Positions 26,096 through 39,471 are shown, counted from the stretch's first letter. The stretch: DNA of 64,000 bases from Girardia tigrina (GCA_001938485.1 MQRK01218853.1:1-64000); one strand, 5' to 3'. Numbers and translations: made by a program. Notes: generated by a model not told the origin, from the letters alone.

Positions 26096-26371
26096 CGGTA
26101 ACCGTTACCATGGTTACAACCACCTTGAATCACTGTATCCGTTGCTAATGAAAAACGCTCTTGGTTACTGTTGCCATGGGAACCGAACCCGTTACTAAGG
26201 ACCTTGAAACCAATCAGAAGTGTTTCCAAGGTACCGGGGACCAATCGGAACTGTTGCTAAGGTGATTGGAATCATTGTTTAGGTGACCGGAACCGTTGCT
26301 AGGGTAATCGCGATCGTTGCTATGGTAACTGCGACCGTTGTTATGGTAACCGGACCCGTTGCGATGGCAAC
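26096..26371. repeat. Array of X-box-like palindromes (GTTGCTATGGTAAC)
   Basis: About 10 variants, the last four at a 21-bp period (26293, 26314, 26335, 26356). Confidence 0.75.
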
Positions 26372-26659
26372 GGACTACCCCCCCTTCTCCTGGAGGTGAG
26401 GGAGAATGCCTATTTTCCCCCTACTCGTGTACAAAAATACTTTCATTGAGAAAAAGTCTCAAATATAAAAAATCATGTTATTGGACCTTACATTGAAAAT
26501 CAATCCCAGTGGTCCCAATAAGCGGCTAATCCGATTATCCAAAATCAACAACATTAAATAACGCCAAATCGGCCTAAAAAATCACAGTCATATTTCGCTT
26601 TGTAACAAGTGGTCCGATTAAGCGGTTTCCTCCATGTTTTCGTAAATCAACCGAGATAA

Positions 26660-26872
26660 AGTTTAAACACTTAGAGGGGTATTTTAGTATACCAACGTAT
26701 GTTTAAAAGATGTTGTCATAATAACTTTCGGATCACATAACATGGAATTTAGTGACTTCATTAAAACATGTAGAAAAGACACTAAATTTCATGTTGTATG
26801 GTCCAACAGTGATCGTGGAAACATCTTTTAAACATGATTTAGGGTACTAAAATACCCCATGGAGTATTTAAC
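26660..26872. mobile_element. Diverged fold-back MITE (about 210 bp)
   Basis: ggggtattttagta / tactaaaatacccc, atgtttaaaagatgtt / aacatcttttaaacat, aatttagtg / cactaaatt arms. Confidence 0.7.
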
Positions 26873-27169
26873 TGTTAATATGCTAAATTTAAAAATGAAA
26901 TTTATAAATTTATTTAAAGAATTACAACGTGAGTTCGGATTTTATTAAAGAAAGCATGATATTAAATAAATTAAGGTAATTTTCTTACGTCAAATTATTC
27001 TTGAAAATTATCCAACGTGCTATGATGCAATCTTTTAATACATTGTTTTCTAACAAAGTTATTACAGACATAGGTCTACCTTCATTCTCTTCTTGAATAA
27101 AAGAAGAACGCTATATTTCGATAAATTTAGGTGTTTCGTTTGCTTTCACTTGAACCTGACTAATTATTA

Positions 27170-30100
27170 TGTTGCGATACAACGGTTGTGATAAAATAAT
27201 TTACTCAAAAGATATAAACCCCATGAAGAAAATATTATAAAGAAAAAATCAATAAATGAAAATGAAGTCCGCAAAAAAATCCATTAACTTTATTAGAAAC
27301 ACGCCATGTAAGTGTTCAAAGAGTGAGAATGGCTGAGACTTCCCTGAGAGTCCTTATGAGGTAGAAAATCGAAGTATAATAACCTGAGTCAATAAAAAGC
27401 AGTGACAATTTACATGGAGGCCGGAGAAGAAAGAATCCGATGCGGAAGAGGCGGGTCGATTTTTCTAGTTGATCCCTGACATTAATCCATCATATTACCC
27501 TCATAGAACCCTGCGAAGACCCTATAAAATAATAGATAAAAGTCCAAATTCTTAAGAAATTAAAAACTAAAAATTCCAAAATCCATTGCAATTTACATTT
27601 TTCGTTTATTAAGCCGCGAATAATACTATTCAAATGATCAGTTTCATCATTCAATTCACTGTTAGAAGACTTTACGTTATCAATGACTGTATCAGAACTA
27701 ATAATTTGATTTTTTGTTTGAATCAATTTATTTTCTAAAGGATCAGCTCTATTAACGGAATCCACAAATTTTGATTTAATTTCGTCCATTTCGAATCGAT
27801 TATTTTCCTCGCCATCTGCCCATTCATCGCGGCCACTGTCACTGAAGGCAAAACCCCAAGCTGGGCAACACCGACAACCGATCTCCAGCGCCAAAACACG
27901 ACTTACTTCCCAGACCACGACCAAGGAAAGAACAATTCACTAGACCTCCCGCATAGCCGCCGGACGAGGAATCGATCGGAGATACACTCTCGGCCGATCA
28001 TCCGAAAGCAATTGCTGACGATTCCCATTTAATTCGAAACAGGATCTGCTTCCAAAATAGTTAGCCATTTTTAAATTTTGTTTTCAAATTTTCGATTTCC
28101 AATTCAATGCAAAAACCAAAACTCAATTCACCTTTTAAAAATTTTATTATTTTATTCAATTACGTTTTTATTAGTTAAACAAACTGCAATTTAATCAATT
28201 TATTTTTTTTACAAATTTCAAATATTTAATCAAAAAAACTAATTTTAATTTGTGACAAAACAAATCAACCAGTAAATATTAAAGAGTTCGAGGTAAATAA
28301 AAAAAAGTAATTATACACACAAATGTTTATAATTAATTGATTCATTAATTTGAATCTTCCAACCGGTTCCCCGTATTTCACTCCGAACTTCAGGAAATAA
28401 TTCAGTAAAAGGCAGTTCGGTGTCAAGCATCTGAAATCGAGTTAAATCGACTGGCAATATCGCCGTTATAAAAAACAGATCACACAAAATATTCACGATC
28501 GACAAATCCGTTGTTTCGGTGAATATTAATTGATAGATACCGACGTTGGACTCACTCTGACGCATTATCAAAAACGAATCCAAAACTGTCGCGAATTTCA
28601 GGATTGCCAAAACCGTTGCAAAGGACGCAAAGAATACATTTATTCGATAATTTAACTCAATCATGGCTGAACAAATCAAAAATCGAATTTCCGCTAAAAT
28701 TTTTATTTGTGATTTTGTACAATCTATTCAAACAAATCTTTTCAATTATTTTTAATAAATTTTTTATCGTAAAATTACTTTTTACAAATAAATAGCGAAT
28801 TAAAATTTTTTATATATATTTTTTACGATTTTCATAAACATAATTGTTGTGGTACACAACATAGCCCCCCTGTTTAAAAAAATTGAAGAGAATCGAGTAA
28901 AACTGCATATCAATCGTCTCTCCGCTGAAGACGGGTTGTGCCTGTGGCTGTGCGCACTGGAATCCAGATGAAAAATCTCCGTGGTTGGTATCCGTGGCTG
29001 CTTCTGTGATCTCCGAGCGTGGCGAAACCATTGAAAGAGAGATCTGGGGGTTGTGATGTGTTAAGTAGGTGATGCGTATTGGACTGTAATTGGACAACAA
29101 CGTCTGCATTGTTATTGTTTTGGTTCGGTAATTGCAAGGTAATGGTATTTGATTTGTCTGGAACCGGTGTTTTGAACAAATCTGTTTAAAGAAAGGTTCT
29201 AACGTTGTTATGGAAATCGAAATAATCATCGATGGTGAAAGCGGGTTTCATGTTGGTCAAATGTACAATAACTTCTTTGCCATCTTTCAACACTTTGGTA
29301 TTGTTTGAAAACAATTCGACAACTTTGTGAGGTCCCGTAAATGTCGGTTGGAAACCATGTGCGGTGTGGTTTTTTAACCAAAGGTATTTGGCTGCGAATA
29401 AGTTTGCAGGGAGGAAATCTTTAAAACTGTTCGGTATCGTGCAGTATTTATCGAAGTCTTGGTCTAAAAATCGCTTTCTCGAATTCATTATATCCATGTC
29501 CGAAGGTGTCGGATTGCAATCTGTGAGATCGGTTAAAAAACGTTTTGACGTGCCGTACAAAGCCTGTGTCGGTGACGTTTCGGTAGTCAGGTTTGGGGTG
29601 TTTCGCCAACCGAAAAGTATAAAAGGTATCGTGTCTACCCAACGGTTGTCTCTATCAGTTAAAATTTTTAGTGAAGTTTTGAACTTGCGGTGGAAACGCT
29701 CGATTGCTCCATTAGATTGTGTGTGATACGCGGAAGTATGAATACGAGTGGTTCCTATATTTTCGACCAATGTGTTGAACAATTCGGACTCGAACTACAT
29801 GCCGTGGTCAGTAATGACATGTTTGGGTGCTCCGAAACGGCAGATTCAAGTGGATAAAAAGTTTCTGTAAATTGTTTCGCTGTCTATGCTCTTCAAAGCG
29901 ACTGCTTCCGGCCATCTTGATGCGCGATCTAACATCGTTAAAATGTACTCAAAACCACGGTCATTTCGGAGAGGTTCGACTAAATCTATGTTAACCGTCT
30001 CGAAACGAGAGGTCGATGGGAAATGAAAAAATGGCGGTGTGATCTTCCTTGCGGTTTTATATTTTTGGCATTGCATATACTGAGCTACCCAACGTTTTGT

Positions 30101-30179
30101 GTCGCGTCGCATGCAAGGCCAAATCACGCGAGTGCGCAAGAGTTTCTAGGTGTTAGTACTTCCAGGGTGATGTAGGTTG
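27170..30179 (-). mobile_element. Gypsy element, 3' portion (integrase, PPT, 3' LTR); partner of 51361-52377
   Basis: HHPG..VIWP..C..C region, IDLV, TDHG, YHTQSNGAIERFHR; PPT aaacaggggggc then LTR starting at 28861. Left LTR boundary 27170 inferred from TGTTG and tatta/tattg flanks. Confidence 0.8.
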
Positions 30180-30673
30180 TGTTGTGTTCCCTCCGTTTCA
30201 AGACATCTTCGTTGACCCAGAGGCCCAATCCCCTTTCCTGAGTTAAACGGCAACTCACGCTTATCTTACACCTCTTTCTACTCCCCTCGGTGATTGCTCT
30301 CTGTCTTCTTATTGCTTATGGGAACAGACGCGTCTCCTCCGCGCACATCAACAAGTTGTGTGTGCATCGGAGCGCCTTCGGGTTCAAACCGGTAGCGAGT
30401 ATTGCCCGACCGGTGGTCTCAGCTTCCTGAGGGGTCAATGTTTTTATCCTTTACTAACATTATTCTAAGCTTTGGGCTTCCATTACATGTCGTGAATGAG
30501 AAGAGCCTCAAGAAAATAAGCGACGATCGAACCACGTGCCCCTATGCATTCTATGGTCGACCTGCACCATCTCCAAAAGGGTTCTCGTCACTTCTTATTT
30601 ACCATTCAATTAATGTTCAGAATTTACCTATTCCCATTTAATTATAGTACGAGATATTTTATATTCGACGACA
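30180..30673. repeat. LTR-like repeat at the left edge of the block inserted in the Gypsy integrase
   Basis: Starts TGTTGTGTTCCC exactly at the integrase break; homologous to 11847-12373; right boundary approximate. Confidence 0.65.
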
Positions 30674-31149
30674 TGTATCATTTGTGACTCTGCAATTCAA
30701 ATTTTATTAAGTTTATTTCGTTAAGTTATCAAATATAACTCAGGGTTCTTCCTCGAAAAGTAACCCTTCCTTACTATTACTTGGTTTCAAATTCAGCCAC
30801 GGAAGTCCAATAGTTATGACGATACGACTGTGACCTCCTACCCTTTTATCACCGTAACTCTCACAAAACTAGTTCTTCTGCTTTAATACTCGTCTTGAGC
30901 TCCTACGCCTTCCTTACAATTTTGAATAAACTTTTATCCGTCTAATTTTCACAATCACATATTGTAGTCCTAAAGGGGACCGTTGCTCGTTCTTTAGCGA
31001 CTCTTTTCGTCACATTATAATTCCCTCGTAATTAGTGATCTTCATCTCACAAACTTGCCTCAGAATATATATTTATTCGATTTCTTCGTTTATCTTAAAA
31101 ATTTATATGTTTCGTCTCATAAAATATAATATTTTATATATACAGATAC

Positions 31150-31194
<45 letters not shown>

Positions 31195-32294
31195 CACATA
31201 CATGTATATATAACATTTATATATTTACATTACATTCGCTTTAATAATATATTTAATTAATTATATAAAAAAATATATATAAAACTAGCTATTTTAATTA
31301 CAATTTTCATCTAAACTATTATTGGATTTGTAACTAATATTTTCAAATGCAGCTTAATTTCTCCATTGAATCTTTAAAAATGGAAATAAATAACATAATA
31401 TTTATTTCATGATCAAAACTTATGATGGATCTGAAATTATTCTTCACACAACATAACTTCATATTTGGTTTAGCCTTTCAAGATAACCAGACCTTTGGCT
31501 TCCTTTACGTGCCGTTATATGAATTTTGTCATTCTTCTCCTTGAATTTTATTTTATTTTGTCGTGAATATAACAAAATATATAAAATTGATGATAAAGCA
31601 AAAACCTAAAGAGTATGACTATTTGATTTATTGTAATGCAAAATAATTTATACAAGAATAATAATTTGAATATTTGACATAATTTTTATTTTTTTTTGAT
31701 TTATTGTAAGTTATTTTAAAGGATTTTTTAATCTTTTCAAAGGAACGAAGTTTATAAAAATTATAACTTAAATTTAATTCCGATAACCATCGCATATTTT
31801 CATTAGTTATAGTTGGTTTCAAATATCTTTTATTATCTCATTTAATTATTATTTTATTAATCTCAAAAAACTTACAGCTGATTATTTCTCTCTCTTTTGA
31901 CTCTTCTTTATTTTATTTCATTTAGAAGGTTTATTTCAATGTAATAGTAGCTTGACGAATTAAAAAAAATTTTTAAATACATCAATTGATTTATACGAAG
32001 AACTCCTTAAAGTAAAATTTAACCCATTGTTTGGATTTCTAAATTCATAATTAGACTATCTAAATTCTAACTATTTAGTAATAATAATATTTATAATAAT
32101 TAATAATAACTAGTTATCAATTCGTTGGATAATGAATTTAGTATTAAGTGTTTTGATTAATAGAAATAATTCAAACTAGTATTTAATTGCTAAAGGGATA
32201 TCTATGTCCTAATCTCCAGAAAACCGGTTTCCAAATAGAAAATAGAAATGTGGATTACAAATTCTAGAAATTATTCGACAAAATCGTACCCCGG

Positions 32295-32591
32295 AGTAGT
32301 ATAAAAAATGCTCGGATACTATCCTACCCTCGAAAAACGCTGTTTTTCGCGCCTTTTTCGAAGTTATAAAAAAATCGATATCCGACCCTCGAAAAACCCT
32401 CGAAAAACGCTGTTTTTCGCACCTTTTTCGAAGTTATATAAAAATCAATATTTTTATCGATAAAACACTATATTTTTCGAAAAAATCGCAATAATTCAAT
32501 ATTTTTATCGATAAAACGCATATAATATTCAAAATGTTATATTATTTATATCAAAAATGAGAACTCGAAGAAAAAAAAATAGGTACCAAAA
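32295..32591 (+). repeat. Polinton left TIR (297 bp)
   Basis: Reads as exact reverse complement of 49245-49541; internal duplication of accctcgaaaaacgctgtttttcgc.cctttttcgaagttata and palindromic ttttatcgataaaa twice. Confidence 0.95.
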
Positions 32592-32612
32592 AGCCATACC
32601 GTAGTATGGCTT
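32582..32612 (-). terminator. Hairpin (9-bp stem, cUACGg loop) plus T5 downstream of pPolB
   Basis: Minus strand AAGCCATAC-TACG-GTATGGC-TTTTT-GGTACC; function inferred. Confidence 0.5.
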
Positions 32613-32684
32613 GTTTTATCATTTAGAAATTAAAATTATCATATAGAAACTAAAATTATCATATAGAAACTAAAAAATAAAAAT

Positions 32685-35600
32685 TTATAAGTTATAAGTA
32701 TCAAATAATTCCTCAGTATTATATCCATGTGGAAAAGAATTTATAGTTTTTATAATATCGTCTTTTATTGTCATATCCAGAAGTCCCCTTTTTATTTGTA
32801 TGTATAATATTTATTTCATGGTTTACAGATTTAATACTATAATTTTTTATATCAATAGTTTTATTATTAAATAAAACATTTATTCTATTTTCAAAATTTA
32901 TCTCATCTTTTTTTACCCCTTTATTCTTATTCTTATCAATTATTTTATTTTGATTTTCTATTATTCTATAGGAGTAGTCTTTCGATTTTATAGCTAATAA
33001 ATATTGAATAAATTGTCCCCTTTCCAATTCATCTTTGAATTTCCCTAAATCAGTTGGATGTACATAATCTTTTAATTTATTATTAATATTTTCTAAATTA
33101 TCATAAATTTGAACAAATAATGAATCAGTGTCACTATAATGCATTTCAATGTTTCCACTTTCAAAATCCCAAATTCGATGAAGAGTATTATATGCAAAAT
33201 CATACATAATCAGTTTAGATATTTCCAAAACCGTGAATCCGATGTAATTAAATTTATTGAAATAGATTTTTGATTTTTGCATTTCAAGAGCACAAAGATT
33301 TTTTGAGAAAGGATGAATGAATTTGAATTCCGGTTTTCCAACTAATTTTTTAAAATATTTCCCATTATTAACTATTTTTATGTTGCAGTGATTTCGCACA
33401 TTCTCTAATGTTTTCCCATAGAATGCATTATTCAGTAATTTAAAAAAGAAATCTCCAAATGAATCTTTTTTTCTGTTTTGCTTCTTTTCGTTTTTCAATG
33501 TTAAATTCAATATATGGTTTAACCAAGGTGATTTTTCATATTTCAATTTCCTGTGTATTTTCTTTAGAATCATTCCTTGGCTCAGATAGAAATCTAATGT
33601 TCTTCCTTCAACAATATATTTTTCTTTATCGAGAAAATTCAGTGTTAATTTTTCAATTTTTGAATTTTTTAAAGGGTAAATCAGATTTCCGCTTGATGAA
33701 TTTTTTGAAGGAAAAACAGATTTCTCATATTCACTCATTTCTTCCATTGGGATATTCGGTATGATTCGTTCGGGGCAAAAAGGATAATAGAATGATTTTT
33801 TTCTTTATGGAATCAGGATATTCCAAATCTACTTCATAAACATATCCATAATTACTGTTTTCTTTCGATTTATGGTATATTTTCCTTCGACACCACCTCA
33901 TTTCTCCATTTGGTAAAAAATAAGTCATTGCCGCTGCATATAATGAATTCGCATCCAAATAGAATATATAACTTTCACGGAAAAATTTATTAAAATCAAA
34001 ATTCTCTTTATTTTTTATCATTTTAAATTCTTCAATAATTAAATTATATTCCCAATTATCAGATTTATATATATCAAAATCAAATTTTTCCTTATCTTCA
34101 CATACTAAATAATCATTATAAAACTGTCTAAAGAAATCAATTGAACTTGAAATATATTCATTAAAATTTTTATCAACATGTGGATTATTAGCTTTCGCAA
34201 ATCGATTTCCTAATACCCCCTGAAAATCCACCTCTAGTTCCTTCCTCAAAAAATAATAACATATCATAAGTTTCTTCTTTAAAATATTTCAATTTTACCC
34301 CAGTAAATTTCATGCCAAACATCCATGTTAAACCAGGAGTTGAAAATCCGTAACATGGATCTATCTGAAAATAGTTCATACACATTTTTCGAAAATTCTC
34401 AAAGAAGTCAGCCAACAACATGACATCGGTTTTCATGTATTGCATCATGTAATCTTGTAAATTTCTACATTTCAAATCTTTCCAATTTTGTTTCGCTATT
34501 TCATATTCCGCTTCGGAAATATTTTTCTGTGTTAATATATCGAAGAATTCACAATGAGGAGGTAATCTCTTTTCTTTTAATTTCTTTTTAATATCTCGAT
34601 AGTTATTTCCAGTTAAATAACTATAAGGAAATATTCCTTTTTTTGGAGCATAAATATGTTTTGATGAATCTAGTTCATGGGGATTTGACAAAAATAATAA
34701 ATTATTTTCATTTAAAATTTTACATTCTTCTTTTTTTAATTTGCTTGTACAATTTTGTAATGAGGATCCATCACCAAATTTCCTTGCGTCTAAAAATCTT
34801 ATACATCCCAATTTGAAAACTTATATAATCTTCACTAGTTTTTGGTAAAACACTTGTTTCAATATTCATCTCATTACATTTAATAAACAGATCTTTAAAA
34901 AATAAATGTGTATCGTATTTCGCTCCATTGAAAAAAAATAGTGGTATAAAATTAATTTGTTTAGCATTCAGATTACAAATATTATGTGAGGCCCCTCTAT
35001 ATTCCCCAGTTAAGTGATTATGATCTCTAACTTTATATTCTTCAAATTTTTCTCCACAATAATGACAAACTTCTGCATCTTGAAAATCTTCTTCCTGTTC
35101 TGGAGTCATTGCCAAAGGAATGTTTCTCTCTGCAAATATCTTAGTATATTTTTCGTTAATTTCCATTATATAATTAATATATTGTGTAATAACATCTTCC
35201 CCAATGAATTCTCGATAATAACTTTCCTCAATTTCAGGGATATCCGAATGAAAATATACCCCATTTGAAATTGCTTTCTGCCTAACATCATATTTTATTT
35301 TTTCAGTATCTTTAATCTGTGCTGGGGGAGTAACCTCATTGAAATCGATAAAATCCGTTGTTGATGTTTCCATGAATTCATTGTTAAAATTTTCTAATCT
35401 ATAATTCGCACATTCAAAATCACTATAGATGACAAATGGAACCCGATTCTTGTATTCCCATTTTTCGAAAAAATAATAATCTTTTTTCGGGAATACCGCT
35501 TTCGTTGGTTTATTTTCCAAACAATTTTCTACATGTTTTCTAAATCCTGATTTTGTTGTGAAAAAACATAAACAATTCAAACATAAATCTTTTCTATGAC

Positions 35601-37041
35601 CATTATTATCATTATTCAATAAAGTTGCTAAATTTTTACAATAAACTAAATGGGAAATTTTTCTTTTTCTAATTTTTTTAGTATATTGAATTATATTAAA
35701 TCCTTTGGTATTTAAATGGGAAAGCAGAATACAACTCAATTCTCCTTTTTGATTACAATTGAAAACATTAACAAGATTATTATCATTAGTTTGTTGTTTA
35801 TTGAATTGTTTAAAATCTTTTATTGTACTTGAAAATTTTATATCTTTGAATATTAAATCATAATATTCTTTATTCTGATTATAAAAATTTTTATAGTGGT
35901 AAACTTTCTCTTTATTATTTAAATTTCTAATTTCTTCCCATTTGTGGTATTGAATGAAACACCAGAGAAAGCATTTATCATCCTCATTTTTTATATTAAT
36001 AATCATACGAGAATTTTTAAGATTTTTCGGTAATTCCAAATAAACCCCTGAAATGGCATTTGTATAATTCATCCGTATTAGTGTTAGACTTTCTATCCGT
36101 TTCACTGATAAATCCGAAGGTCCTTGAATATGATTTGTGATTCCCTCATTTATCTCCATATAGGATTTATCTACAAATCTTCTTAAATCCGATCTCGTTC
36201 GAATTGTTTTTATTTCAGAATTCTTGATCACTGGAGAACATTCCAGATAAGTCGCTGTATCGGGATCAATTTGAGTTTTTCTTTCATAAATAACTGAAGC
36301 AGACAATTCCAATTTATAAGGCATTTTCTTTTTCTGATTTTTTAAAATATTAATTAAATATTCCACTTCTTCTTTCCCGATAACAAATTTATTTTCCGAT
36401 TCCGGAAACCGATTTATTAAATAAGAGCATTCATCATTTTCAACTATTTCAATGTTTTCATCTTCACTAATTGCTCCTCCTTGAAGATTCACGTTTCTTA
36501 TATGTTGAATACTTCTATTATGAGAAACAATTCCCGATCTATTTTTAAAATGTCTTCTACAATATCGACAATATAAAGGATCATCGATATCATCATTATC
36601 ACTCGAACACATAGATTCAACTTCTGTTTCCGTTTCTGTTTCCGATTGACAAGAATAATACCCATCATAATCCAAATCATCCAAATCCATTTCTTGTTCT
36701 GATTTTTTTTTATTATTTATTTTTATAAGAAAATCTTCATCATCACTTTCATCTTCAAAATTGAAATCGATATCTCCTCCAATAATATTCTGGCCAATAT
36801 TATTAGATTCAGTATCTGTTTCAATCTCATCTTCATCTCCAACATCAATATTATCGGATTCAACTTCTGTTTCAACCTCCTCATCATCTTCAACATTGAT
36901 ATAGAAATCAAAATTAAAATCATATTTTTTTATATCAGGATTAGAGAATAACCACTCAAAATTTAAACTCTCTTCATCCCAAATATCAAATTTTCGCGAT
37001 CTCTTTTTTAAACTTAACTTTTTCAAAAATTTAACCAACAT
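32685..37041 (-). pseudogene. Protein-primed family B DNA polymerase (pPolB) with Zn fingers and endonuclease-VII-like insert; frameshifted
   Basis: Exo motifs YSDFE, FFNGAKYD, Y...DV; CHYC..RDHNHLTGEYRGASHNICN; LDANSLY; KLLNNAFYGKT; YSDTDSL. Indels near 34808, 34218, 33800, 33520/33470 and 32750. ATG at 37041 preferred over the TTG at 37083. Confidence 0.93.
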
Positions 37042-37075
37042 TTTCTTTAAAAATATTATAGCATTTCCCAAATCG

Positions 37076-37105
37076 GGTGCCAAAAAGCTATTCCGAAGAA
37101 TAGCT
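37076..37105 (-). terminator. Hairpin (8-bp stem, cUUCGg loop) plus T5 upstream of pPolB
   Basis: Minus strand AGCTATTC-TTCG-GAATAGC-TTTTT-GGCACC; function inferred. Confidence 0.5.
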
Positions 37106-37166
37106 ATTGGTTATTATTTTATTGCTGAAAATAAAAATATTAGATTATTTATGACCATTTAAATTT

Positions 37167-37418
37167 TTATTCATTTTCATCATCACAAGAGGAACTATTT
37201 GTCGGTATATATTCAGGATCAGAATTATTTTCTGTATTCGGTATATATTCATTATTATTATTATTTTCTGAATTGGAATTATTATTATTTTTAACAGCTT
37301 GATAAACTTTTTCAAAATTCGATTTTACATGATGTTTTTTACTATCCAAATGTCTCTGTTTATTTTGTATTAATCCTTTAAAATTGCATACATCACAAAT
37401 AAATATTTCTTTCTCCAT
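37167..37418 (-). CDS. Small C2H2-type zinc-finger protein (Polinton)
   Basis: CDVC..NKQRHLDSKKH; ATG preceded by A-run; C-terminal EYIP repeat. Confidence 0.7.
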   Translation of the reverse strand: MEKEIFICDVCNFKGLIQNKQRHLDSKKHHVKSNFEKVYQAVKNNNNSNSENNNNNEYIPNTENNSDPEYIPTNSSSCDDENE

Positions 37419-37441
37419 TTTATTTTTTTTTATTTTTATTT

Positions 37442-38074
37442 TTATAATTTCTCTAATAATATTCTTAATTTTTCCAAATGATCATTCGTAATTAACGTAT
37501 TCGTTTTATCCTCTCTTTTTTGTCCGTCATTTAATTTTCCAATATTTATTTTACACTTTTCCAAAATATCTTTACTCATTTTTAACTCGTCATCAGTTAT
37601 CAAATTATCACTCAATGCNNNNNNNNNNNNNNNNNNNNNNNNNNNNNNNNNNNNNNNNNNNNNNNNNNNNNNNNNNNNNNNNNNNNNNNNNNNNNNNNNN
37701 NNNNNNNNNNNNNNNCCATTATCTCCAATATTCGATAAAACCCCCAATCCGGCAAAAGCAGCAGTTAATGGAATTGTTAAAGCTCCCAAAGTTGAAATGG
37801 AAACAACAATTATCGCTCCAACAGATCCAACCAAAGTTAATACCCCATTACAATATTTTACTGTTACAGCAATTCGTTTCCATCTTTTATGCAATTTCTG
37901 ATAATGGGCAATATGTTCGCTTAAATATTCCAAATCTTTCTTAAAATACTGAATATGTAAAGTATTCAATTCTTTTTTATAAGTTTCAGGAGTTTCCTCT
38001 TTTTGTTTATATTTTAACATAAAATCCTCCAACTCTTTTTCCGGATATAAATTAGCATTTTCTTGTTCATCCAT
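37442..38074 (-). CDS. Polinton membrane-associated protein (two hydrophobic helices)
   Basis: GVLTLVGSVGAIIVVSISTLGALTIPLTAAFAGLGVL; ALSDNLITDDEL; partly N gap. Confidence 0.7.
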   Translation of the reverse strand: MDEQENANLYPEKELEDFMLKYKQKEETPETYKKELNTLHIQYFKKDLEYLSEHIAHYQKLHKRWKRIAVTVKYCNGVLTLVGSVGAIIVVSISTLGALTIPLTAAFAGLGVLSNIGDNXXXXXXXXXXXXXXXXXXXXXXXXXXXXXXXXXALSDNLITDDELKMSKDILEKCKINIGKLNDGQKREDKTNTLITNDHLEKLRILLEKL

Positions 38075-38103
38075 TTTTGAGAAGATTTTTTTTCTATGAA
38101 ATA

Positions 38104-39471
38104 TTACTTGTTATCATCCATTTTATTAAAACTATTTCTATTATACTCCCACTTATCATCAAATAAATAATAAAATATAAAATTTAAAAAAGTAACTTCA
38201 CCTGATTTATTCTTTATAAAATATATTTTTCTTTTTTTAAATTCATAATACCCAAAATTTGATGCATATGTTAAACGAATATGTTTTTCAAAATTTAATT
38301 TATAATTATATATATTCACATAAAATTTATATGGTTCTATTTCAAATATTTCCGCAAAATTTAAATATGGAAAAGTAAAATCACCTTCTTTTTTCTCATA
38401 TTTTTTAATGAATTTATTTTCAAATAATTTCTCACTCTTTTTAAGAAAACCTAAATCCGATATTTTTAATTCTTTTAATATTTTCATTCTTAGATTTATT
38501 ACTTTTAGGGAGATTTCTTCCATAAAAAATTTAAATGATTTATTATAAAAAGATTTTTCAACGTATTCTTCAAATTCATAATAATTTTTATTGGAAAATT
38601 TTTTATCAAGATTATTCAGTAAGATTTTTAAAATTTCAAAAGTTCGCGGGGTATTATACGGAGTATTAAAATAAATATTTAACTCTTTATCTTTTAATCT
38701 ATTAAATAATGAACGTAAATGTTGAAAAGGGAGTTTTAATAATATATCTTGAATATTATATTTTTTTAATGTTGCATCATCAACTTCTTCTCGTATTATT
38801 ATCTTATTTTCTTTAGGGATATAGAAATTATACCGTCTCGAATTTTCTGCTAACATACTAATATATTCGTGGTATTCATTTTTTATATATTTAAATTTAT
38901 TGGTTTCAACGCTAAAATTGAAATCTTTAATTTTTAAATTCATATTCCAAATTGGTTTTAAAACTGTTAGATATTCAATTTTTTCATCTAATTCTTCAAT
39001 TTTTTCCTCTATTTCCGTTTTTACGGTTTTCACTATTGAAACAATTTCCATTTTCACGGATTTCACTATTGAATTTATTTCCGTTTTCACGGATTGTTTC
39101 GCTATTAAATCAATTTCCGTTTTCACGGATTGTTTCGCTATTTAGTCAATTTCCTTTTTTACGGATTGTTTCATTGAATCCCGATTCTGAATAAATTGTT
39201 TCTTCATTTCATCCCGATTCTCATTAAATTGTTTCACCATTGAATCAATCTCTTGTTTCAATTTTATAATACTTTTCTCAACATCCATATTCCCAATCTC
39301 GATTTTTTCTTTAACATGCAAAGAATTCACAGGATCGTCACCCTGTTCATTCACAAATCTACTATCCAATATCCGATTATTTGCTTCAATTTTTTCAAGT
39401 ATTTTCTCTTCTCGCATTCCACCAATCTGCATCACTATTCCCAATTTATTCACAGGAATGTAATTATTCAT
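38104..39471 (-). pseudogene. Polinton coiled-coil repeat protein with one in-frame stop
   Basis: ORFs 39142-39471 and 38104-39126 are in frame; KQSVKTEIDLIA tandem repeats; TAA at 39142-39144 corresponds to TTA in the next repeat unit. Confidence 0.7.

Larger units (their letters stand above)
22487..26632. mobile_element. Pogo/Tigger-like non-autonomous element split by inner insertions
   Basis: Left TA|cagtaaaaaccgcttaatt..gggac; right gtggtcccaataagcgg (about 26508) and gtggtccgattaagcggttt (about 26609); right end degenerate. Confidence 0.5.

Noticed and set aside
27020-27169. Continuation of the 52400 gag element (RPMSVITLL..CII, protease-like start)
   Set aside because: Needs a frameshift and lacks a clear DTG motif; suggestive only.
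27490-28679. ORFs 27490-27924 and 28311-28679
   Set aside because: Non-ATG starts, within the inferred Gypsy LTR, no motifs.
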